The position numbers and the translations under genes were made by a program. Below, piece after piece: positions 1 to 7,061 of a stretch of 41,268 bases of DNA (the first letter of the stretch is position 1; every line of letters starts with the position of its first letter). Origin of the DNA: Streptosporangiaceae bacterium (GTDB taxonomy: Bacteria; Actinomycetota; Actinomycetes; Streptosporangiales; Streptosporangiaceae); NCBI GenBank assembly GCA_035934395.1, contig DASYXX010000833.1, forward strand, positions 1-41,268, in the 5' to 3' direction. Under the pieces are notes generated by a model. That model had not been told where the DNA came from and ran no database searches. It saw only the letters and a list, made by a program, of their open reading frames with translations.

Positions 1-1
1 C

Positions 2-925
2 GCGCCCGGTGGCTATACGGCCATCTACAAGGGCTGCCACTGGGGTGCGTGCACGCGCGGCAGCGGCTTGCCGATCCGGGTACAGGACATCCGCGCTCGC
101 AGGGTCACCACGAGCTGGAGCACGTCCCAGCCTGGCGGCAGCAACGCTTATGACGTGGCCTATGACATCTGGTTCAACCAGACCCCCAATGCCAGCGGCC
201 AGCCCGACGGCACCGAGCTGATGATCTGGCTGAACCACAACGGCCCGGTGCAGCCGTTCGGCGCCAAGGTCGCCAGCAACGTCAGCGTCGGCGGCCGCCG
301 CTACGACGTGTGGTTCGGCAGGCAGGCCTGGAATACCGTCTCCTACACGATGACCAGCGGCACCACCTCGGTCCGCAACCTGGACGTCGGCGCGGTGACC
401 GCGGACGCTGTCGAGCGCGGCTACATCCAGAAGTCGTGGTACCTCATTGACGTCGAGGCTGGCTTCGAACTGTGGCAGGGCGGCGCCGGCCTGGCGACCA
501 AATCCTTCTCCGTCAACCTCAACGGCCGCAGCCCAAGCCCCAGGCCGGCCCCTAGGCCAAGGCCCACGCCGGCCCCCAAGCCCGCCCCGTCGCCGGCACC
601 GGCCCCCACCATCTCCCTGCAGGCCATCTCGCCCGACCCGACGACACCGGGAACCGCGACGAACATCACGGTGGACTTCAGCAACACCGGCCCGGCCATG
701 GCCGCCAACCGGACCCTGATCATCGAAATCCGCAGCTCAGCGGGCACCGTCGTGGGCTCCCGGTCATGGCCGGGGCAAAACCTCGCGCCGCGGCAGACCC
801 TGAACAAGACCTTCACCTGGACGGCCGCCTCGCCGACCGGCACCTACACCATCGAAGGACTCGTGCAGAACTCCTCCGGGAAAACGCTCCAGCATGCGCA
901 GGCGGCAACCATCACCGTGAAGTGA
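2..925 (+). CDS. Glycoside hydrolase family 12 endo-beta-1,4-glucanase, 5'-truncated by the window edge. Catalytic domain, Pro-rich linker (527-610) and a C-terminal beta-sandwich-like domain of about 100 aa.
   Basis: The frame is open from nt 2 (APGGYTAIYKGCHWGACTRGSGLPIRV...), so the listed TTG at 68 is internal. GH12 hallmarks are 'DGTELMIWL' (Glu codon at 215-217) and 'IDVEAGFELW'. A PxP linker 'SPSPRPAPRPRPTPAPKPAPSPAPAP' follows, then 'TATNITVDFSNTG...GTYTIEGLV'. Confidence 0.85.
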   Translation, partial: APGGYTAIYKGCHWGACTRGSGLPIRVQDIRARRVTTSWSTSQPGGSNAYDVAYDIWFNQTPNASGQPDGTELMIWLNHNGPVQPFGAKVASNVSVGGRRYDVWFGRQAWNTVSYTMTSGTTSVRNLDVGAVTADAVERGYIQKSWYLIDVEAGFELWQGGAGLATKSFSVNLNGRSPSPRPAPRPRPTPAPKPAPSPAPAPTISLQAISPDPTTPGTATNITVDFSNTGPAMAANRTLIIEIRSSAGTVVGSRSWPGQNLAPRQTLNKTFTWTAASPTGTYTIEGLVQNSSGKTLQHAQAATITVK

Positions 926-1492
926 AGCCAAGCACGGATAGCAGACCAGACGCAGAGGCCCAGCCCGGCGGCTGGCGGGCCGCCACGGCGAACCCAGCCC
1001 GGCGGCTGGCGGCGGCGCCATGCGGCCTGCCGCCGCGGCACGCCCCCGCAGGCCTGCCAGCCTCTGGGTCCCGCGACGGCATGCGGCTAGCCAGGGCCGG
1101 CCGACACCAGGACCCTACGAGCGTCTGACCCGCCGGGCCAGTGGCGCATACGACAGGCTTGCTACCGTTTGCGTCATGCACGCTGGGTTGCTCGCCAGCG
1201 ACGGATGCGTCAGCTCGGGGTTGACCGAGCAGGGCCGCCGCGGGGGACCATCCTGGCCCCGTGTGGCACGACCCTCCTCAGTAGCGCCCGACCTGCGCCA
1301 CCCTCGTCCGTCGCCGGTTCACGGCGGCCCGGCCCGAGGCATGCGCCGGGCGGCCTCTGGCCGGGTAGCGCTGCGCTAACGCCGCCGCGCTAGCCGAGCG
1401 TTACCGGTCTCCGGCAGGTTCTTCTCGCCGGTGTCCACCTCGGTTGGCGCGTGTGATCCCCGCGGCTGACCCATGTCCCTGAAGGAGAGTTC

Positions 1493-1855
1493 GTGACACA
1501 ACGCCGTATCAGGCCTCAGCAAGGCCCGGCCACGGCCGCGGCGGCGAGCGTTATCCGGACTGAGCCTGACCGCCGAAAGACTACGAGGCTAGATTTTCTC
1601 AGCGATTCTGAGAAGTGTCGTCCGGTCAGCTTCACCGACCGCGAGACGTCCATCATCTGCCTGATCGCGGCCGGACTTACGAACGCGCAGGTGGCATGGA
1701 GACTTTGCATCAGCCACCACACGGTTGCCCAGCACGTGGCCGAGATGCTGCGTCGGTCCAGCGCCCGAAATCGCTGCGAACTCGTGGCCCGTGCCTATGC
1801 CGTCGGCTCCCTCCGAACTGGTGTCTGGCCCCCGCGCCACTCCAACGAGTACTGA
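1493..1855 (+). CDS. LuxR/GerE-family helix-turn-helix transcriptional regulator (small, no receiver domain)
   Basis: C-terminal 'FTDRETSIICLIAAGLTNAQVAWRLCISHHTVAQHVAEMLRRSSARNRCELVARAY' matches the GerE HTH pattern. GTG start is preceded by GAAGGAGAG. Confidence 0.8.
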   Translation: MTQRRIRPQQGPATAAAASVIRTEPDRRKTTRLDFLSDSEKCRPVSFTDRETSIICLIAAGLTNAQVAWRLCISHHTVAQHVAEMLRRSSARNRCELVARAYAVGSLRTGVWPPRHSNEY

Positions 1856-2126
1856 CCCCTGTTGCGCTGGTTGTACGACACGATATTGCCTCAGTTAGCC
1901 ATTCCAGCGCGCGCCGCGCCGGAACCGGGCCTAGTTGTGGTGTCTGTTTGGCCTGCGGTGGCGGTTGCACGGTGGTGCCCGGGTGCGCACCGGCTCCGGC
2001 CGCGCCGGGCTGTGCCTCTTTTCGTTTCGCTGAGGTGGTCCGTACTGGTCAGGCGGGTGGGGCGCAGGGCGCAGAGCCGCTGCCAGCAGGTCAGGGCGAC
2101 CAGGCTGACGAGCGTCTTCGCAGATG

Positions 2127-2921
2127 TCAGGCGATGCGGTCGAGCATGCGCACCAGCGCCTCGGCGCCCCTGGCCCGGTCGGCCGCGGGGGCCAGGCCGC
2201 CGCTTCCTTCTGCCTCGACGATCTCCGCGTCCCTGGCTCGCCTGGCGATCGCCTCCCCGTAAGACCGGTTGCGGGGCAGCACCACTGCCGTCACCGGAAT
2301 GGCGAGTTCCCCGAGGCGATCGATCCACGGCGACACAAGCCACGGCGGGTCCGGCTGCGGGCGCCTCTCGTCGGCCGCCGCCTTGATGGCCCGCAGGTCT
2401 GCGAAATACTCCTGAGCGTGATCGCTGTATATGGCGACGCCAAGCTCGAGTTCGGCCGGGTCGATGTCCCGCGCCGCGTCGCGCAGGAGTGCCGCGAACA
2501 TCTCTCGCTGCCGCTCAGGGTCGTCCTCGACGAGGGCTGTGTCAGCAAACGGCTGATAGACGTTCGCCAGATCGTCTGTCAGCCTGTCCAGGTCATCGGC
2601 TGTGATGTTAATGTCGACGTCGTCAGGGATGCTGTCAATAGACGGCTGGAAGAACACCACGCCCTTCGCCAGTCCGGCCTCCGCGAGGGCAAATGCGAAC
2701 CGGGCGGCTTGGCCTGCCGCAACCACGATGTCAAAGCCGCTGTTACCAGCGAGGCGCCGCGCCGTGTCCAGGAAGTCGCCATTAACCGACGACCAGGGCA
2801 CTTGTTCGTGCTGGTCGTAGTGAATCACAAGGGCGCGGCCTTGAAGGCGTTCAGGAATGTCATGCCACAATCGATAGTCCGTATACTGATCAGGAATGAA
2901 GAGAACTCTCGGGGAATTCAT
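2127..2921 (-). CDS. alpha/beta-hydrolase-fold-like protein without a recognisable nucleophile serine (probable pseudoenzyme or orphan)
   Basis: The N-terminal layout 'RVLFIPDQYTDYRLW...ALVIHYD...FDIVVAAGQAARFAFALAEAGLAKGVVFFQP' mirrors beta-strand / HG-like / nucleophile-elbow / helix C of alpha/beta hydrolases. The elbow reads AAGQAA and has no Ser. Many A/T-ending codons. Confidence 0.5.
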   Translation of the reverse strand: MNSPRVLFIPDQYTDYRLWHDIPERLQGRALVIHYDQHEQVPWSSVNGDFLDTARRLAGNSGFDIVVAAGQAARFAFALAEAGLAKGVVFFQPSIDSIPDDVDINITADDLDRLTDDLANVYQPFADTALVEDDPERQREMFAALLRDAARDIDPAELELGVAIYSDHAQEYFADLRAIKAAADERRPQPDPPWLVSPWIDRLGELAIPVTAVVLPRNRSYGEAIARRARDAEIVEAEGSGGLAPAADRARGAEALVRMLDRIA

Positions 2922-2999
2922 TTGATTATTCTAGCACCAGGAGAGCCACGATGTCGAGCTTCACGGCTTAGGCCGATTGACGCTGAGCCTGCATGAATT

Positions 3000-3968
3000 C
3001 TACGGCTTCCCGAAGGCGTCCTTGGCGCACCTGACCGCATACGGGCCAGCGCAGACTCCGCACTTCACACAGTTGACGTATGAGGGCAAGCCACCATGCT
3101 GGCCGCAGCTAATGCAGGCCTGCGCACAGTCTGAGTTTGTGTGCCTAATGATGCAATCGATAAATAGGATCAGTTGCGCCGCCGAGGGAGCGTCCGGGCC
3201 ATTGGGCCCGCTGGGAGCGGGGCTTACCCGCACGCGATCTCCTGACACCGTGACGTCGGCCAGCGGAACTCCGCCCACGGTGTGATATCTGAGCGTGCCC
3301 CCGGCATCGGGCAGCACGCCCATGCTCAGGGCGACAGGCCTGTTCCGCAGCGCCCCAGGCGAGCTGTCGACGAAGGTGAGAATCCCCTGCTGAGGGTGAC
3401 TCAGGGCAAGCACGCTCTGCCCGCCACCGTTAGCGATATAGGCGGTATCCTCGACCGGTCCCCAGGTACGTATGGCTTGCTGGACCGAGGCGGCCCCCAG
3501 CGCCGCCCTGACGTGTGCCGGATCAGCGGGCGTCAGACCGGTTGGCTCATCTCCTCGGCGGAGCGGATCGACTGCCGAGCCTGACACGACAGCCCAGCCG
3601 ACCACGCCGGCGATCGCGCTGCCGATCACCCCTCGGCGAGACGGGGCATGCGGCTGCGCCGACGTTGCCAGCCGCGCCCGGTACTCGGCCGCGAGCAGGC
3701 GGATGATTGCACCCGAACGGCGCCATCCCACGAGAGCAGCGAGGCGCCTGCGCATTCCCCATCCACTGAGCACACGCAGGTCGTCCTCGTCGACGACCAT
3801 TAAGGAGGGACGGCCTGGGATCGGCAGCCCTGACTTGCTCAGCAGCGCTGAAACCTCTGGGTCGTCCAGCGGACTGGCCTCGAGGCCGGGTATCGAGAGA
3901 TCGCGGACCATCCTGGCGACGTTGGAACACGGGCGGCAGCTGTGCTGGAAGAGAACGATGTATCTCAT
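3000..3968 (-). CDS. Orphan single-pass membrane protein. N-terminal CxxC thioredoxin/DCC-like domain, internal twin-arginine-like motif plus TM helix, unknown domain, and a C-terminal 8-Cys module.
   Basis: Preferred start is ATG at 3968 ('MRYIVLFQHSCRPCSNVARMV'), preceded by GGAG. The listed start at 4013 would add 15 aa. 'PSRRGVIGSAIAGVVGWAVVSGSA' is the internal RR motif plus hydrophobic segment. The tail is C-x8-C-x3-C-x2-C-x11-C-x2-C-x2-C-x7-C. Confidence 0.6.
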   Translation of the reverse strand: MRYIVLFQHSCRPCSNVARMVRDLSIPGLEASPLDDPEVSALLSKSGLPIPGRPSLMVVDEDDLRVLSGWGMRRRLAALVGWRRSGAIIRLLAAEYRARLATSAQPHAPSRRGVIGSAIAGVVGWAVVSGSAVDPLRRGDEPTGLTPADPAHVRAALGAASVQQAIRTWGPVEDTAYIANGGGQSVLALSHPQQGILTFVDSSPGALRNRPVALSMGVLPDAGGTLRYHTVGGVPLADVTVSGDRVRVSPAPSGPNGPDAPSAAQLILFIDCIIRHTNSDCAQACISCGQHGGLPSYVNCVKCGVCAGPYAVRCAKDAFGKP

Positions 3969-4142
3969 GGAGGTCTCCGTGTCGTCTAGGCCGACTCTCA
4001 AGGCACGTCGCAATGCACGCCGGACCGCTGCCCAGAGGCATGCTCTGTGCTCTTCAGCACGCGAAGAGCCTGCGCTCGCGCCCCTGGTGGCGCACCTCCC
4101 TGCATGGCCAGGGCTGCCATTACTGTGACACCTGACATACGG

Positions 4143-4287
4143 GGGGAGTAATCCCTAAATCTTCTAGACTTGATGGATACAGGGCGAGTTCTCGCAGGTG
4201 GTGATGGTGCGTCCGCCGGAGGTGTCCGTCCGCCCGGCCTCGAGGTCACGCCCCGACTCAGAAGTACGCGATTTAGGGATACTCCCC
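4143..4287. repeat. ~19-bp inverted repeat pair flanking a 108-bp spacer in a divergent intergenic region
   Basis: GGGGAGTAATCCCTAAATC (4143-4161) versus GATTTAGGGATACTCCCC (4270-4287). The arms are complementary except for one missing T. Confidence 0.7.
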
Positions 4288-4346
4288 GCGCCGATCAGGC
4301 GAGATGCTGGCTGGCTATGAGGCCCACCGCGCCTAGGAGGTTCCCC

Positions 4347-4865
4347 ATGACAATTCGACGACGGTCCGTCATCCTCGCCACGGCGGCCGCGGCGGCCGCG
4401 GCGGCGGGGGCTGTGATGGCTCTGGGCGCCGCCCTGGCCGCACCGGCTCCCTCATCGGCCGAAGCCCTGACTGCGGCCCGGAGCTCGGCCCAGCAGACGG
4501 CCGCGCCCGTAACGATAACCCCGGCACCGATAACGGATGCGCCAAACCCGCCTACCGGCCCTCCTGTGCAGAGGGTGAAAATCGCGGGTGATTACCTGGA
4601 GTGCTTTACCCCGGGAGCCATCCTCTTCGTGACCCAGAACAATATCCACATCAGGGAGCTGCCGAATGGCGCAAACATAGCCCCAATCAACAGGGGGGCG
4701 TGGTTTGACAGCAGCGTGTTCATCAACGGCAAGGGCCCGTACCACTGCATGACGAGCCAGTATACGGCCAGAACACTGTGGGTATTTGGCTTCGCAAACC
4801 ACAACCACAAACTCATCGGCTACGTCGGTTTTAACTGGCTCAACTTCCGTAGCTACCTTAAGTAA
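4347..4865 (+). CDS. Small secreted protein of unknown function. Signal peptide, Pro/Thr-rich spacer, and a C-terminal domain of about 100 aa with an SH3b-like segment.
   Basis: ATG at 4347 is preceded by TAGGAGG with a 6-nt spacer. 'MTIRRRSVILATAAAAAAAAGAVMALGAALAAPAPS' is signal-like. 'FVTQNNIHIRELPNGANIAPINRGAWF' resembles the bacterial SH3 core. There are two Cys. The listed start at 4170 is an unlikely 5' extension. Confidence 0.65.
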   Translation: MTIRRRSVILATAAAAAAAAGAVMALGAALAAPAPSSAEALTAARSSAQQTAAPVTITPAPITDAPNPPTGPPVQRVKIAGDYLECFTPGAILFVTQNNIHIRELPNGANIAPINRGAWFDSSVFINGKGPYHCMTSQYTARTLWVFGFANHNHKLIGYVGFNWLNFRSYLK

Positions 4866-5072
4866 CTCCGTTTATCCTCAATCGTTCAGGTGCCTTGAGG
4901 TGCGGTTACTGGTGGCTGGGGGAGGAAGCGACGGCGCCGCAGCGCAGGTCAGGAACCCCTCGCATTGTGGATCAGCTTGGCCTCCACCATCGATGACCAA
5001 ACGTGTCGCGTCGGCCTCCCCGCAGGACAGGCCCGCCTCGCGCGGCAGCATGCCGCACGTGGCTAACCACGA

Positions 5073-5513
5073 CTAGGCCTCCGAGGTTGACCGTCCGGGG
5101 TCGCAGTGGGGCGGATCGCCGACGGCGCCGAGGGCGCGAGCCAGTCCGTGGTAGCGGTCGGCCTGGTCCCAGTCGGCGTTGCACGGATCGCAGAGCGAAT
5201 CTGCGCAGCGTGGGCACGGCCGGTCTTGATGCTGGCGCCAGGCGATAGCGTCGGCGAGGGCCTGTGAGAGCAGCCCGGTTGGCGGGTCCATGGGTGGCAA
5301 GTCGGTGGCCAGGAGCGCGGTGAGAGCCTGCTGGAAGCGACCGATGAGGTACCGGGGGTCGGTCTCGAGCGCGGTGACCGTGTCCGACCCGACAGTGGCC
5401 GCGCCGACTGCCTCGGCTAGCTGCGGACTGGCCGGCCATGTCCGGTCGAGAAGGGCCAGGGCCACTGACACCGCGCCGTCGCGGCGGGGCGGGGTGCGTG
5501 AAGTGTCGGTCAT
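5073..5513 (-). CDS. Hypothetical protein with a CxxC...CxxC motif, translationally coupled to the upstream HATPase gene
   Basis: ATGA stop/start overlap at 5510-5513. The motif is 'DRPCPRCADSLCDPCNADW'. No family recognised. Confidence 0.55.
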   Translation of the reverse strand: MTDTSRTPPRRDGAVSVALALLDRTWPASPQLAEAVGAATVGSDTVTALETDPRYLIGRFQQALTALLATDLPPMDPPTGLLSQALADAIAWRQHQDRPCPRCADSLCDPCNADWDQADRYHGLARALGAVGDPPHCDPGRSTSEA

Positions 5514-6019
5514 AGATAGTCCTCTCGCCGATTGGCCCGGCCCGGGCCTGAGTCGGGGCTGTCCGTGCGGTGATCTCGACTACTGGCCAGCCCCCACACC
5601 ACCTTGCCGCCCGCCGTCCGGTACGCGCCCCAGTCCTCGGCGAGCGTGTCTACCAGCAGCAGGCCGCGGCCGCACTCGGAATCCGGCCCCGCGTCCCGTC
5701 GCACGGGCATCTGGCTGCTGCCGTCCCATACGTGAATGACCACGCAGCGGCCGTCCGAGACCAGCCGCAGCCGGACTGTCGGCGACGTCAGGCCTGCCGA
5801 CGCGCGGACGGCGTTCGTCGTTAATTCCGAGACGAGCAATTCCGTGGTGTCCGCGAGTTCCGCCAGGCCCCATTCGATGACCACCTGCCTGGCGTGCATC
5901 CGGGCGCACGGCACCGCCGTGGGCAGGGCGCCCAGCTCGAGGTGGCTCTGGAACGGCCACTCACGGGCACTGGAACGTTGCCCGGGCGCCGATCTCACCG
6001 CGAAGGGAACGCCGCTCAT
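5510..6019 (-). CDS. HATPase_c-type ATP-binding protein (RsbW/SpoIIAB-like anti-sigma-factor/serine kinase fold; AbaA-cluster type)
   Basis: N-box-like 'ELLVSELTTNAVRAS' and G-box-like 'CGRGLLLVDTLAEDWG'. Size is about 170 aa. It is divergent from an XRE/DUF397 pair, as in WhiJ-type loci. Confidence 0.75.
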   Translation of the reverse strand: MSGVPFAVRSAPGQRSSAREWPFQSHLELGALPTAVPCARMHARQVVIEWGLAELADTTELLVSELTTNAVRASAGLTSPTVRLRLVSDGRCVVIHVWDGSSQMPVRRDAGPDSECGRGLLLVDTLAEDWGAYRTAGGKVVWGLASSRDHRTDSPDSGPGRANRREDYL

Positions 6020-6056
6020 GAGTCAGAGTCAATCACTCCGATGAACCAATCTGCAA

Positions 6057-6135
6057 GCTTTCATAATGAAGTATCGACAATCAGAGCCCGATGAGGTAAA
6101 ACCATTGCGAAGCGTGCGTGGAGATGCTTTCATAA
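6057..6135. promoter_or_regulatory. Two copies of GCTTTCATAA, 69 bp apart, in the AT-rich divergent HATPase/XRE promoter region (candidate operator half-sites)
   Basis: 6057-6066 and 6126-6135 are identical 10-mers. Each is followed by (T/C)G. Confidence 0.3.
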
Positions 6136-6173
6136 CGGGTGAGAGCAGTCCTCGCTCAGGAAGAAGGCGAGCG

Positions 6174-7061
6174 ATGACCGAGCAGACGACGGGCTCGACG
6201 GTGCCGCGCCGGCAGTTGGGCCGCTACTTACGAGATCTCCGTAACGCCCAGCGCCTGACCGTCCGGGCGGCCGCGGAGCGGCTGGAGTGGTCGGAGGCCA
6301 AGATCTGGCGCATCGAGACCGGCCAGGTCGGCCTGCGCAGCCTGGACGTGGAGGCGATGTGCCGGATCTACGGCGCGGCGCCCGACCTGACCGAGGCCCT
6401 CATGGGCCTGGCCAAGGAGACAAAGGCCAAGGGCTGGTGGCACTCCTACGGCGACGTCATCCCCGAGGGCTTCGACGTCTACATCGGCCTCGAAGAGGCC
6501 GCGGCCAGCTTCTCCTGGTACGAATCGGAACTCGTGCCAGGCCTGCTGCAAACCGAGGGCTACGCCCGCGCGGTCATAGCAGCCGACAAACCCGGAGTTG
6601 AAGAAGAAGAAATAGATCGTCGCGTCCACGTCAGGATCGCGCGGCAGGCTCTACTGACCCGAGTGACTGCCGCCCCAGAGCTGCGCATCGTGCTCAATGA
6701 GGCCATCGTCAGACGGCCCGTGGGCGGTGCGATGGTCATGGCGGCCCAGCTCCGGCGGCTACTGGACGCCAGTAACCTTCCGAACGTGGCGCTGCGCATC
6801 ATGCCGTTCAGCGCTGGGCTGCATCTCGGGGTAATGTCCGGGCCGTTCGAGATCCTGCGCTTCCCGCTGAACGGAGACGGCCGGGCGAGCGAGCCGCCCA
6901 CGGTCTACGTGGATGGCTTCACGGGCGACCTGTACCTGGACAAGCCGAAGGAGATTCAGCGCTACGACGAGGCGTTCCAATCGATATGGTCGGCCGCCCT
7001 GAGCGAAGGGGCGTCGCAGGATCTGCTGAACCGAGCCTCGAAGGAGATACCGTTATGTTGA
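6174..7061 (+). CDS. XRE-family HTH regulator with a C-terminal DUF5753-like domain (WhiJ-like / Scr1-type antitoxin-like regulator)
   Basis: 'LGRYLRDLRNAQRLTVRAAAERLEWSEAKIWRIETGQ' is an XRE HTH. The long C-terminal domain ('WWHSYGDVIPEGF...YIGLEEAA...') is typical of this family. ATG at 6174 follows AGGAAGAAGG. The listed start at 6066 lies in AT-rich intergenic DNA. Confidence 0.8.
   Translation: MTEQTTGSTVPRRQLGRYLRDLRNAQRLTVRAAAERLEWSEAKIWRIETGQVGLRSLDVEAMCRIYGAAPDLTEALMGLAKETKAKGWWHSYGDVIPEGFDVYIGLEEAAASFSWYESELVPGLLQTEGYARAVIAADKPGVEEEEIDRRVHVRIARQALLTRVTAAPELRIVLNEAIVRRPVGGAMVMAAQLRRLLDASNLPNVALRIMPFSAGLHLGVMSGPFEILRFPLNGDGRASEPPTVYVDGFTGDLYLDKPKEIQRYDEAFQSIWSAALSEGASQDLLNRASKEIPLC

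Noticed and set aside
3560-3650. The possibility that the Tat-like 'SRRGVIGSAIAG...' marks the start of a separate secreted protein gene within 3000-4013.
   Set aside because: Reading the minus strand, there is no in-frame ATG/GTG/TTG between the N-terminal domain and the RR motif (the codons are cgg ctg gca acg tcg gcg cag ccg cat gcc ccg tct cgc cga). The frame is continuous, so I treat it as one protein. A sequencing frameshift cannot be excluded.
6066-6173. N-terminal extension 'MKYRQSEPDEVKPLRSVRGDAFITGESSPRSGRRRA' of the XRE regulator.
   Set aside because: It lies in the AT-rich divergent promoter with no codon bias. ATG 6174 has a purine-rich RBS and gives the canonical N-terminus for the family.
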